Assembly (NCBI GenBank): GCA_021613535.1
Contig: CP075496.1
Span: 11,904,001 to 11,968,000, forward strand
Source: Adineta vaga
Lineage: Eukaryota > Animalia > Rotifera
Direction: 5' to 3'
DNA: 64,000 nucleotides
Shown here: positions 22,529-36,108 of the stretch, piece after piece
Layout of the letters: the number at the start of each line of letters is the position of its first letter
How positions within the stretch are numbered: the first letter of the stretch is position 1
Made by a program: the position numbers and the translations under genes
Notes under the pieces: model-generated
Database searches by the model: none
Told to the model about the DNA's origin: nothing
The model's input: only the letters and a program-made list of their open reading frames with translations

Positions 22529-25500
22529 CTATGGTTTATTTACATTTTTCACAACAATGATTCCTCGAAATTTTGATGCTATCAAACTACCTTGAACACC
22601 TTTTAAAAATGCTTGTCCAACAATATTCATTGATAATTGATGATGTGTTTGTTCATTTTTTAATGTAACATCACTGACAACATTACGTATAATAACATCT
22701 CCATCGACATTAGCTACACGTGTATTACCATTTTCTTCTCGAACAACAACGGATTGTTGTGCAGTACGATAGTTATGAATAATAATTTCTCCATAATGTT
22801 TCGATGAATCGACTGTTTCATCAATTTCTAATTCTTTTAACATCATCTGTTTTGGACCACGATATAATTGTAAATCATTATTTAATGCTAAAGTTTCAAA
22901 GCCATATTTTTCACTGGGTACAAGAGTTTCATCACGAAATACTTCTTTGATGACTTCATTCAAACTTTTATTGATCGGTTCTTCAACAATTTGATGACCA
23001 GCAGCTAGAAAAACATAATGTTTACTATCTATTGTGAAGAAGTTGAGATAATGAAACAATTTAGCTTCATATTTATTCTAAGATCAATAGTATTTTTGTA
23101 AATATATGTATATCAAAACAAATCGAGTGACGTCAGAAATACTACGTTATGCTTTATGATAAGGATAATAAGAAGAATATAGCAGATTGTACTATTTTCC
23201 GCCTACATTATCAGTATGCATCCTAGGAAGTTCTTATGTATTAAAGCTAAACTCCTGTTGTTATTGATGTCAACAATTAATGATAAAACCTAGAAAATGA
23301 CATACCCGCTTCCATAACTCCATTAACAACATTTTCTAAACTTTCTTCAATTCTTTCAAGAAACAATAATGGATCGTATTGTTTTGCTAAAAAAATAAAC
23401 AGTAGATAAAATAGAGCATCCGTTTTTCTGTTGTTTTAATGAATTTTACCTGGTGTTGTAACAAATTTAAATTCTTGTATTGTATTCGTTTCATTATCAG
23501 CTGATGGTGTTGTAGTATTATCAATTTTAAAAGCATACGCTGTATCCTCTTCGAGATCTTCAACTGTTGTACTTGTATGTTCTTTATCAATGGTTCCAAC
23601 CTGAAATATAAACAGATAATACTCGTAATAAATTATACATGTGTTATAAAGAGAAAAAATATTGAATTTTTCAATTGTATGACATACTTTTGTCCAATCT
23701 TTTTCAGTTGTTTCTTTTTTTGAATAAATATCAAAAACATCTTCAAATGTTGCTGGTTCATCTTCTGGTACGACTGCTTCAATAAGAACACTAGTTGAAT
23801 CAAGCTTTTGCATTTTAAATTGAGGAACAGCAGAAACAGAAGTAGCAGTACTTTCACTTTCTTCTTCATCGGCATCTTGTCGAAAAGATGTCTTAGGTGA
23901 AAGAGCAGGAGAGTGTGTGTTTGCATCAACATCTTGCTCTGAGGAAGAGTCAGGTTGGATAGTATCAGAATTTCTATCGTCATCGACTTCATCTCGAATT
24001 GACGATTTTGATGAAATTGCTGTCGGCGTTTCATCTTCGTTGACGTCTTGTTGAAGCGATCGTTTTGATGATGATGATGCTACTGAGGATTTACGTTCAG
24101 TTTCATTGGTTTCTTTTTTAGATGAATCTTTAGATGATGAAGTTGCAGGATTTTTTTCTTCAGTTTTAGTTTCAGCAGATACTTCTTTGGCTGATGATTG
24201 AGATGGAGCCGTTACAGGAGTTTCACTTTCATCTTGAGTAACTGAATTAAAAATAGAGAAGAACATATTAAACAAACATCACTGGAATTCTTACATCGTC
24301 CTCTTCGTGCTGATGGCGTTTTAACATCTAGAATCAGTGAAAGTTGAGAAGAATTTATTTCATTTTTCCGTGTATTTGCTGTTGTTCCAGATACGATTGG
24401 AGTAAAACGAAATTTATATTCAGTTCCTTGTTTAAGTCCATCAATTGTTAAATGTGGATCATCATGAGCTATATCCGACATCTAAAATTATATGAATTTG
24501 TTATATTCTCGTTTTTTTGCATCTTAAAATTAAAAATTATATTTTACTTGTTTCCATTGATCTAATTGATTCGCTGTTGTATATTCTACTTTGTAAGAAT
24601 CGTATTGTTTAAAACCTTCTTCCGAAATATCAATATCAACTTTAGTTGGTGAAGTCGGCACAATATGTAATGAACTTAACAATTCATTAACATTGTGTAC
24701 AGTTAATTGTTCAGGTTCAGCTTGTGTCTCTAGAGAAGAGAATAACAAGTGTATGATATGAATATTTATATTCATATTTATTATACCTGTTTTTGTAACT
24801 TCTTCAGGTTCAGATGCTGTTGGTATCAAACGAAATTGACATTGTTTTGCGTCAGTTAAACTATCGATTCGAGCTGATCGTTGAGATAATGGCACTTCAG
24901 TAACTTTTTCCCAATCATTTTGATCTTCTTCTTTCTTTTCGATGTCATAAATATTTGATTGTATTTCTTGTTCATTGTTGTGATCTTTTGTATCATTTTT
25001 GTCCTTATTATCGTTCCATGTCAATTGTACTGAACTAGATGAAAGAACTTCTACATCAGGTTCAACAATACGTTTTTCTCGTGAGGAATTAAGATATATG
25101 CCATCTGTTGGTTTACTCATAAATATTTGTCCATTTTGAAGATGAGCCTTCAAACGAAAATAAGTAGGTCGATTTTCATTGATTAAGTTATTTGTATCTG
25201 CTGATGATGAAATTTCTAGTTTAGTTTGATTTGCAAATTTATCAATTTCTTCTCCAATAGTTGACCATTCTTCATCACCAACTTGACGTTCGATTGTATA
25301 ATAATCAATAGCTGAAGATGAACTTGGTGATGCCCATTTACATAAAAGACGAATCGAGATATCTTCATCATCTTGTGTATGATCTGTTGATGGCAGAGTT
25401 TCACATCGAACAGTAAATGAAATTAATTCAATATCAGTTGTTTTGCCATTATCGGATTTAACCGATGATGTTCGAATTTTATCATTAACTGTCTCTTGAT

Positions 25501-26892
25501 CTGAAGACGCCTTTCTGTTTCGATCTGCAGATAAACTATTGTCTTCATTTGTAGACGCTTTTCTGCTTTGATCTTCAGCTGACTTATTGTCTTGATCTGA
25601 AGACGCCTTTCTGCTTCGATCTGTAGTTACTTTGTTGTCTTGGTCTATAGATGGCTTTCTGTCTTGATCGGTAGATGCCTTTCTGTTTCGATCTGCAGAT
25701 AAATTATTGTCTTCATTTGTCGATGGTTTTCTGCTTCGATCTTCAGCTGACTTATTGTCTTGATCTGAAGACGCCTTTCTGCTTCGATCTGTAGATACTT
25801 TATTATCTTGGTCTATTGATGGTTTTCTGTCTTGATCAGTAGATGCCTTTCTGTAACGATCTGCAGAAATATTACTGTCTTGATTTGTCGATGCTTTTCT
25901 GTTTCGATCTTCATACGATTTATTTTCCTGATCAGTAGATGCCTTGCTGTTACGATCTGCAAATACTTTATTGTCTTGATCTTCATTTGAACGAGAATTT
26001 TTTCCTAAACGATTATTTGATTGATCTTCTGATTGTTTTGATCCTATATATAAAAATCAATGACTTAATTAGGAGAAAGTATTGATCAACTCATTACTTC
26101 CATATTTTTGATCTTCATCATCAAACGTAGATTTGTATTTATCACGTTTTCTTTCTGATACGTTTCTGTCTTCATCTTTCGAAGTATTGTAACGTTTTTC
26201 ATCTGCTTCTCGCTGTCGTTTCTTCTCCGAATCTGCTAGAGCTGTATCGTACTCCGCTAAAGCTCGTAAACGAGATGATGAAGCAGGATAACCACTAGCA
26301 GTTGAACTTGATGATGTTGGACATTCACGTTGTTCACTAAATCGTTGACGACGTTCTCGAATTTCTTGTACACGACGAGATGTAACTGGAGCTGATGGTT
26401 CTCTTGTATATCGAAATGTTTCGTGTTCTAAATCCTAGTTAAAATCAATTGAAAATTTCCTTCGTAAAATATATTTCATAATATTCTTTCATTACTCGTA
26501 AACGTTCATAAGCAATGCTGCCTTTTAAAACTAATGGATTATTCATGCGATCAAATTCAAAAAGAGATCGACATCGACTTCTACCAACTGGTAATAAATC
26601 CGTTCGCCAATTTAAACTAAATTCATCTTCACCAAGCATACGTAAAATACGGTTAAGTTGTATTTCTTGTCCAGTAATCTAGATAATTCATCAAAAATAT
26701 AGTTTTTAAACTATATCATATCCATCAAAACTTACTGTTTCATATGTATTACGTAAAAAATGATAATCTTCTAAACGTTTTTCCGCTCCAACAGCCATAA
26801 AATGAGAGATTAAATGTGGTGTTTCACTCTATTTAAATAAGTATCATTCGAATGTTATATGAATCAAATCAATTCTTATTATAACTCACCAT
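22529..26892 (-). CDS. Large intracellular protein with divergent fibronectin type III domains, an 8-aa tandem repeat block and S/T/E-rich disordered regions
   Basis: ATG|gtgag at 26892, then in-phase exons. FN3-like motifs: KWASPSSSSAIDYYTIERQVGDEEWSTI, SSVQLTW..YDIEKKE..WEKV, YKVEY..W, LTIDGLKQGTEYKFRF, TTVEDLEEDTAYAFKI. No signal peptide. A long exon (~24787-26044) is only partly shown in the ORF track. Confidence 0.75.
25490..25990 (-). repeat. Coding tandem repeat, 24-nt unit in a 168-nt higher-order period
   Basis: CTTTCTGTTTCGATCTGCAGATAAA recurs at 25511 and 25679 (168 nt = 7 x 8 aa). The translation alternates DQDNKSAE / DRSRKAST-type units. Confidence 0.9.
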
Positions 26893-27830
26893 TACTGATG
26901 ATTTAAGTTTAATTCAATAAGAAGATATAACGAACAAGAGTTACTGATCCTCGTCAATACATATAGACAAGTGTCTGTTAGATGTCTAAAAATAATACAT
27001 CTTGTAAAGACAACTACACCACAAGTGTGTTATTTCGAGGTTCTCTACTGGTATTCGACTTTAGCATCGATACCAAAGGTTGACAGTGAGACAGATGTTG
27101 TTGTTATTGCTGATGCTTATCGTTCTGATAGATCTTATCGGTAAATCATCATATCCGTACTTAATTGAGTATTTTCATTATATTGATTGATTTTTCTTCT
27201 CCCACTCTTTCTCTTTCATTCTATTGTATCATCATTATCATTATATGAGAATAACAAGTGCTAACTGAGAAAAATTGATGAGAAAAAAAACTGGAAGAAG
27301 AAAGATAAGTAGTTTTATTAACGATCTTTTAATATCATCAATATTCATTCATAGATCTTGTTGTTGTTGTTGTTGTCGTCAATATCACCTCAAGGCTATT
27401 TTTTTCTTCACATTTTCTTTCTGTTTTGGATTTTCTTCTCAATACGAGGAATCTACTACGCTCGTAGCTACGTAATGATAAACAGCTATTGCCACATGTT
27501 TATTTGTTTTGTACAATGCTTGTAATAGAAGCGTATCGAATCGGTTTCATCATAACATCATGCTTCGTAGCCTTTCACACCAAAGAAATGTCATGATAAT
27601 CATAGTGGGCGTTATCAATCAAATATCGAATAAAAAAATGAGACACAATAACTTGATGGGGAACCTGTCGTGAGCCACAACAACAACAAGAACAGCAATA
27701 TCTGTAATCATCGGAAAAGGATAGAAGAATGACATTTTTATTCATACTATCATAAAAAGAGCACATTGTTTTAGATGCGAATCAAATTTTTCAAAAAAAA
27801 AAAGTAATAAAAATCAAATCAAAAAGAAAT

Positions 27831-29056
27831 TTATAGTTTGGATTTCGATCGTTGAGCATTTTGAACGATGTTTTCTTTGATTAATATATCAATATTTTCC
27901 GTAGTATAACCAATTTCACGTAAAATTTCAGTTGTATGTTCACCTGATAATGGTGCTGGTCGATCAATAGTTGGTAATTTTGATGATGAAAATCGAGGTG
28001 CTGGTAAAGGTGCAAGTTTTTCTTGATTTTGATTTGTTGAAAGGAAATTTTTTCTTTCTTGATTATGTTCATGTTTATATGCTGCATTCCAATTTAAAAC
28101 TGGTGTACAACAAGCATCTAATTTATTAAATATTTCTGTCCATTCTTTTTGCGTTTTTGTTTTGAACAATTCTTCAAATTTGGTTTTCATTTCGTGAATA
28201 TTCATTTGATTGTGTTTGTCATCATTCGGATCGAGACCAAGACCAATTAATAGTTGTTTATAAAATTGTGGTTCAATTGCTCCAACCGCCATATAGAGTC
28301 CATCGGATGTTTCATATGTATCATAAAAATGAACACCACCATCAAGAAGATTTTCACCACGTTGATTACCAAACCATACCATTGGTAAATCACGTGAAGT
28401 CCACATCCATGAACTAACATAAGCTGATCCTATTCATAAGAAAAATATGTATATTGATGTATTTTGATGCTACTAAAAAATTCATACAAACCTTCAGAAA
28501 GTGAGAGATCAAGTACTTGTCCCTGTTTAGTAGTTTGTCGTTCAAATAGAGCTGTCATAATTGCATAAGCACCTAATAAACCACCGCCAGCAAAGTCAGC
28601 TGCCAAATTAATTGGTGCATTTGGTTTTTCATTTGATCTTCCAAACATCGATAAAAGACCACTAATAGATAAATAATTAATATCATGGCCAGCTTTCTTT
28701 GCTAATGGACCATCTTGTCCGTAACCTGATACACGAGTGTAGACAAGACGTTTATTATCATGAAGTAAAACATCGGGACCTATGCCAAGTTTTTCCATTA
28801 CACCGGGTCGAAATGGTTCGATGAGAACATCAGCTGTTGAAGATAAACGTCGAAATACTTCAATACCTGTCGGAATTTTTAAATCAATGGAAATCGATCG
28901 TTTTCCTCGAGCAAGACGATCAAGTCGAGCATTTTGTCGATCGTCGGGTCGATCAATACGTATCACAGATGCACCAAAATCAGCAAGAAGCATACCACAA
29001 AATGGAACAGGTGCTAAACCAGAGAGTTCAAGCACTTTAAGACCGCGTAAAGCCAT
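27831..29056 (-). CDS. AMACR: Alpha-methylacyl-CoA racemase (CaiB/BaiF CoA-transferase III), peroxisomal PTS1
   Basis: MALRGLKVLELSGLAPVPFCGMLLADFGA, RGKRSI, EPFRPGVMEKLG, AGHDINYL, DFAGGG, NLLDGG..FYDTYET.DG, GAIEPQFY. One intron at ~28430-28491. Ends in -SKL*. Confidence 0.95.
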
Positions 29057-29375
29057 AGCAATGTCTGGAAATAGGAAAAAATCATCAGTCATATTTATTT
29101 AGAAAAATAGATCTTTTTCTAATTCATTTTTTAATCTATTATCATCAGTATTGGCAACTAAAATTCATACTATTTGTAAAGATTACTATGATCGTTCAAT
29201 ACATCGATGAAAAAGATCCATGAATTCTATAATTCGTCTGATGTTTATTCAACAAAGAAAAAAGAGGACATAGTTGATACTTTGTTTTACTACAAAAAAA
29301 AAGAGGGCAAAAGAATTGATATCATAGTGTATGTCTGTGCATGCTATAAATCTATAGATAGAGATAATAAAATGT

Positions 29376-30035
29376 TTAATGTAAACGCCAAAGTGCTTTC
29401 ATTGCTTTTGTTAAACCAATATCATTGTAGGCAAAATAGCTGTTAAAATATAAAAAATAAATATAATATTTCATTTCTTCTTCTTGCTTTACTACACTTA
29501 CCTAAGACCACCGAAAACAATCGCTGTCAGAACATATCGAATGATATTAGCCAAAGGTAAAGCTGGTCTTGGACAATAATCAATCAGTACAGTATCCAGT
29601 CCTAGAAGTGAATGGAGAGCGATACAATGGTATAGAAAACAATTTATCTATTAACCCCAATGAGCGTGAACGGCAAGTGATGCAGCAAGTAAATAATTCA
29701 TAAATGCTGAATCATATACAAATGAGCCAGGGATAATTGCAAGCATAGCAACGGCTACAACACGTTCGATTTTCCAATGATCAGTGCCAGTCAGAGAAGC
29801 CATTCCTGCTACTCGATGTTGAAGTTGATTTGAGACTTTTGGTAAAAGTGCTGTTTCTGTGCTGGCAGGAATCATTAATTTCTTTTTTAATTTAAAGATT
29901 AAAATAACAAAATGAAAATTCAATTGGCAAAATATTTCTTACCGATGATGGAGCAGCAAGAAAATACGAATTGACCAATGATGGATGAGCAATACGGCTC
30001 AATGGTCGAAAACCACGCATGAGTGCAAAGCTCAT
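29376..30035 (-). CDS. SDHD: Succinate dehydrogenase cytochrome b small subunit (CybS)
   Basis: HWKIERVVAV, HAHWG|LDTVLIDYV, GGL|SYFAYNDIGLTKAMKALWRLH*; N-terminal presequence MSFALMRGFRPLSR. Confidence 0.93.
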
Positions 30036-30166
30036 TTTTGAAGTGTATTTAAAAAGAAGAGTTTTTAATCTGAAATAATACATAGCTTTCTATAGAATTG
30101 AAATTTTCTTCTTCTATTTTGTTATATATATATATCTCAAACAGTATAAAAGGAATGAAATAATTC

Positions 30167-32343
30167 TTAGTTTTTGAATGACCAGGTTGATCCTTGATGA
30201 CGATCCTAAAATAAATTTCGATTTTTCAAAAACACAAACAAATCATCGAGTTTGTAACTAAATACTTTTATTTCCACACCCAAATATTTCATTTGCAAAC
30301 GATAATCATCACATTCCTCCAGTAATAGTTTTTTTGGATTTTCTTCAATTGTTGTTGTTGTTCGACGACGACTTATATCACGTATATTTGTACGAAATTG
30401 AACACTTTTTTCAATGACGTTTTCTAATAGAATACGATCAGATGACGTATTCTATGTAAAGATAACCTCAAATTATAGAACTATCACTAATACCAAAAAC
30501 AAAAGTCTCACTTGATTCTGATGTCCAGAAATATTCATATCAATACCAAATATTTTCAGCCATGACTGAATAAAATCAACAGCTAGATATAATGCACATG
30601 TAGGTGTATTAATTATTTTATCCTACAAATAAAATTAGTTAACTAATTTGAAGTAATAATTAACATTTATATCTAATTTCTTTTCAATAATGACTGATAT
30701 CGAATGGTACTCGGATCGCTTACCATCACCATTTCATACCTCATTGTCACGAATATCATAATTCATGTGTGAATTAATCCAATGGACTAATTCTTGTAAA
30801 CGAGTCATTGCTGATGGTGTATCAAAATTATTTGCCAAAACATCAACAATTTCATCTTGAGTATTGCTTATTCTATTGCGAAGAAAAAGAGTTTCAAGAG
30901 AATTCGTGAAATCAATTTTATACCTGGAAATCACTTCAGCTTCGGATAAAGATGATATATCAATAAGACCTTTGTGGCAAGCTTGAACTGTATCGAAAAA
31001 AGCTTTAAATAATTTATCAACGAATAGAGCTTGTTGTATCGCAGCTGATTCAAATGTTCTTGCTAAAAATTCAAGAACAAATCTTCTAAATTTTCCAAAT
31101 ATATTATTCAATTTACGTGAACGATAATCATGCATTAAACAAAAATAACGAAATTGTGCAGGTGTATATGTTTTTAGCATATCACGAATAAGAATGGTAT
31201 TATTTAATGATTTTGACATTTTCTCATCCATAGATTTTGTATTTAATAGACCTAGAATCGTATCCCTTGAATATATATCTATGAAATAAAAAACAAAATT
31301 TATTTTATACCTGAATGTAACCAATATTTCACCCAGGTTTTAGTTTCATGATAAGCAGTTGATTGGAGAATTTCATTTGCATGATGAGGAAATACAAGAT
31401 CTAAACCACCAGAATGTATATCAAGATGGGAACCAAATGTACGACTAAAATAGTTATATTCATATAAATCTCATTTCCATAGTAAAGAAACGATTTACCT
31501 TGCCATAGCAGAGCATTCAATATGCCATCCAGGTCTTCCATAGCCCCAAGGTGATTGAAATTTTAATTCATTACTTGATGAATCACGACCTTTCCACAAT
31601 GCAAAATCTCGAGCATTCCGTTTTTCACTAAGAATATCTGTTTCTAATGATGAAACACCTTGTTCATTCATTCGATGATGTTTATAATCATGTTTTTCAC
31701 CATATTGAGTCATATCAAAATAAACGGAACCCGATGAACATGCATATGCCACTCCTTTATCGATTAATTTTTTTATGAAATTGATTATCAATGGTATATG
31801 ATCAGAAACACGTGCATACAATGTTGGTGATTGAACATTTAATCTTTGCATATCATCTATAAATTCTTGTTCATATTTTTTTGATATTTCCAAATAATGA
31901 ACATTTTCCTAAAGAAACAATTTTCAACATCACGAATTTCATTTTTATTAAAATAAACAAACTTTTTGACTACGATGAATAATTTTATCATCAATATCTG
32001 TGATGCCCATCATTAGAACGATATTATAATTGAAAACACGTTGAAGTATTCGATGTATAATATCCAAGGTTACATATGTACTTGCATGACCAATATGAGA
32101 ACTATCGTAAACAGTTGGACCACATGAATACCTTTTAATCGAAAGAAGATATCATAAGCAGGAAAAACAAGACGTTTTTTTTTTCTAATACCAAAATATG
32201 GTTCCAGGATATTTTGGTTGGAATTTTTCCATGGATTTACTCGTCGAATTATAGATATAGACATCATGAAGCTGAGATGATGAATAAAATCGATGAAAGG
32301 ATAGTAATGAACGAAAAGAAAAGCGATTTGATCGAAATATCAT
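30167..32343 (-). CDS. CARS2: Mitochondrial cysteinyl-tRNA synthetase (multi-exon)
   Basis: [16 protein letters not shown] (HIGH), [49 protein letters not shown]. Arg/Ser/Phe-rich presequence; ends [12 protein letters not shown]. Confidence 0.92.
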
Positions 32344-32400
32344 TTCGTTGTTTTCTCGAGAAAGAAACAATAAATAAAGTCGTTTATTTTTGTTACCAAA

Positions 32401-32431
32401 TTTCTATTGGTCCAAATATTTCAACCAATCA
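32401..32431. promoter_or_regulatory. Inverted CCAAT-box pair in the CARS2 / SPOP bidirectional promoter
   Basis: TTTCTATTGG-N14-CCAATCA (ATTGG 32406-32410, CCAAT 32425-32429), same flanks and spacing as at 3831-3861. Confidence 0.6.
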
Positions 32432-32706
32432 TATCGCAACTAGCAATCATACGTACGTTTGTTATTTGATGTAAATAAAATAAGATTTGTCAAATATATG
32501 AGTTTCTTATACAAAATCTTTTTCTATATTTGATTACGAAAAATTCCCGTTTAAAACCATTATTTTAACTGATACAATAAGACAGATAGAGATTGAAGCA
32601 ATGACTAATATCCTATTTATTTTACATATTGACTCATTTTATTTCATAGATCTCTATCTCTATTTAATAACATTTCTTTCTTCGGTTTTGCAATAGACAA
32701 TAGCAA

Positions 32707-34325
32707 ATGATGCTTCCGGATTCTCCGCAAAATATCGTCATTGTACGAGCACCATCACCATCTGTTCATTATATACCAGGTAGTATGACAAGTGATACAT
32801 CCAGTGGAATATTACTAACATCACATAGTCAACAACAAACAACAGTTTCAACAGTACAACAACCAGTTCATTCACTTAGTCAACCCGTTTCCGAATCTTG
32901 GTGTTTAACAAGTGTTAAAGTTATTAAAGTAAGTATCAACTATTCAAAAAAGAAACGAAGTTGTCTATTGTTCTTCATATGAGATGGTATAGAAAAATGA
33001 TAATGAGAATTTTTCCAATCATTTTCTTAGTAAATCTAAGCATATATTTTTATCCGCTGATAAAATATTCTAGAAAAAGGATTTCATTGATCTTGATTTT
33101 TCATTTTTCGATAGTTTTCGTTCAATTGGACAATCAATAATTTCTCATTTTGTCGTGAAGAAATGGGTGAAGCTTTAAAATCTTCATCGTTTTCGGCAAA
33201 TTCAAATGATAAATTGAAATGGTGTTTACGTCTTAATCCAAAAGGACTCGATGAAGAATCAAAAGATTATCTATCACTTTATTTATTACTTGTTGCTGCT
33301 CCAAATAGTAAATGTGAAACTCGAGCAAAATTTAAATTTTCAATATTAAATTCCAAAGGTGATGAAACAAAAGCAATGGAATCTCAACGTGCCTATCGAT
33401 TTGTTCAAGGTAATAGACGAAAACAAATTTGAATTTCTTCTTGAAAGATAAATCTCTATTTCGATATATCTAGGAAAAGATTGGGGATTTAAAAAGTTCA
33501 TTCGACGTGATTTTTTAATTGATGAAGCTAATGGTCTATTACCAGATGATAAATTAACTTTATTTTGTGAAGTTAGTGTTGTTGCCGATAGTGTTAATAT
33601 CAGTGGACAAACACAAATTAATTCAGTAGGAATTGATAACTTACTTTTTGAATAGAAATATGTCTATTACTTTTGTTTTAGTTTAAAATTCCTGAATGTC
33701 AGTTAAGTAATGATTATCAATTTCTACTGGATAATCCCGTTTATTCTGATGTAACACTTGTTTGTGGACAGAGAGAATTTCCTGTTCATAAAGCGATATT
33801 AAGTGCACGATCGAAAGTCTTCCAAGCAATGTTCGAACATAAAATGTTAGAAACTGAACGTTCACGTGTCGAAATCGAAGATATTGATGGAGATATAATG
33901 TTTGAAATTCTTCGTTTTATATATACAGGCAAAGCACAAAATATGGAGAAATTAGCCGATGCTCTGTTATCAGCTGCGGACAAATATTGTTTAGAAAGAC
34001 TTAAAGTACAATGTGAAGAAGCATTATGTACAACTATTGATCGAGATAATGTTGCTGACACGCTTATACTTGGTGATCTTCATTCAGCGACGCAATTACG
34101 ACAACAAGCAATTGATTTTATCAATACACATCCACAAGGTATGTCGAATTGAAATGATTTGAAAAAAAGAGAATAACTTCGTTGTGTTTAGATGTATTGG
34201 AAACAGCAGGTTTCCAAACAATGATTCGTACACATCCTCATCTATTAGCTGATGCTTATCGAGCAATGGCATCTGCACAAAATAATATTATTTGTCCACC
34301 ACGAAAGAAACAAAGAACTACATAA
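32707..34325 (+). CDS. SPOP: Speckle-type POZ protein / roadkill (MATH-BTB Cul3 adaptor)
   Basis: [10 protein letters not shown]|..[77 protein letters not shown]-terminal NLS PPRKKQR. Confidence 0.96.
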
Positions 34326-35232
34326 ATTTGATCAGTATTTCCTACACTTTTCTTTCTTTCTAGTACCATTTCAAAGACAGCATATAAACAAAAATTCGTT
34401 TTCTTTTCTTTCTTGCTTTTTTGTTACCTAATCGACCTGCGTCTTCTTCTTCTTCTTCTTCGCTTTTTTAAAATTTGTATGTAATCGTGTGGTATGTGTA
34501 TCTCTCACGTCTGATATGACTTGTCTCGTTGTATATGCATGTACTTTGTGTTTAGTGTGTTTGAGAAAAAAAAGAATAACAAGGGATAGTAACATTATAA
34601 ATAAAAAAAGAAAAAAGTTTTATTCCGAATGAATACATTATAATAATACGCTAAAGAAATAGATGATTTCAACCGTATTACTATTGAATAAATCTTTTAA
34701 AATGAAAATAATTCTTTTTATTCATCAAGAACTTTCTCTTCAAAATTAATTCTGATGTCAACAACATTGTCAAAATGAATATTTCGTACAAAATCCATTA
34801 AAATAATAATATTGTCTAGAGAAAGTACGAGACTATTTTCATCAGTCAACTCCGAGGATTAAAAAGCTGATTTTATAGTGAGAAGCTGAGTACATCTATT
34901 TTTAGTTTCCGTTAATTTAAGGTTATTCAACGCGTAATTGAACATGATTAAATTTCCTGACAATTAGAGTATCTATATGTAACAATGTATTTATTTTGAT
35001 CACATATAGAGGATAAATTTTTCTCGTCGTACGTTTTTACTAAATAGTTAATTCTATCTTTTCAAAGATGCATAATAAAACTGAATCAAAATACGTCGAC
35101 AATTAACAAGAAATGAAAACAAATCATGGTGCTTTTGTGATAAAAGGACACATCGATGAGAAGAAAAATACATTTACATAGTTGAATAGAGAAGATCAAA
35201 TCGAAAGAAAAAAGAATTCATAGATGAAAATG

Positions 35233-36108
35233 TCAAAATTTTTTATTATTTGAGGAATTATTATTGCTATTTGTTGAATTCCATGTTAAACGATCTTCAT
35301 AAAATTTGATCACAAGTTGAGGAGATTGTTTATTTACAATACGGGATGGAACAAGTTCAGGTTTATTTATACCTTTCCATTTAACTCTAAAAGAGAAAGA
35401 CATGACATTTTTCTTCTTCAAATTTCAATATCTTACAAAAACATCAATTCTCCATCGTATATATCCGTCGCACCCATTAATGTATCTGGTTCAAGTCCAC
35501 GGCCATAGCCTGTTTCTTCAAATTCGACACGAGATCGTTTTGTTTTTGAAGTATGATTATTAGTATTTGTATTATTATTATTATTATTATTATTACTATT
35601 GCTATCATCATCACTATTCTTATTATTACTGCTGGTACTACGGGATCGTTTTCCATTTGAAGTTTCACTTGGTTTTGATGTTGTTGCTGTTGGTTGTTTT
35701 TCTTTTTGTTCTGCCAAGAAAGCAGCGACTAATTCTGGACATTCAAGATTTTCTGCAGGTTCCTGAAATAATCGAAATTATTCAGGTTCAATGATAAACT
35801 CGATACAAATTCTTTACCCATGTGTTCTCACTTTCAGAGAAACCCTTCCATTTAAGTAAATCTTTTCGTTATGTAATAAAAAAAAAGAAATGAAATATAT
35901 ATTTTTTTATTTTGATTCGTTTGAAAAGAAAATCAATCTTACATTGAACTTTGCCTTTTTTCGTTGTTCGCATTTTAATAATTTTTTCCACTGTATATAA
36001 TTCTTCATCAAGATCGGAATCAGAATCGGTATCCGCATTATTTGCAGATCTTTTCTCCGATGATTTATCATCTTTTTCATCACTATCATCGATAATAGTT
36101 CGACCCAT
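35233..36108 (-). CDS. HP1: Heterochromatin protein 1 (chromo + chromoshadow domains)
   Basis: YTVEKII..KGKVQ|YLLKWKGFSESENTW|EPAENLECPEL chromodomain; GYGRGLEPD..GATD..GELMFL|VKWK..PQLVIKFYEDRLTW chromoshadow; poly-Asn hinge. Confidence 0.95.
35570..35600 (-). repeat. (AAT)n coding microsatellite (poly-Asn in the HP1 hinge)
   Basis: attattattatt... run inside the HP1 exon. Confidence 0.85.

Noticed and set aside
25490-25990. Regularly spaced repeats resembling a CRISPR array
   Set aside because: The units are degenerate in-frame 24-nt coding repeats with no unique spacers, there are no cas genes, and the context is eukaryotic.
28782-29102. 106-aa plus-strand ORF
   Set aside because: Antisense to the AMACR coding exon.
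35567-35794. Poly-Tyr ORF
   Set aside because: Antisense reading of the HP1 poly-Asn (AAT)n hinge.
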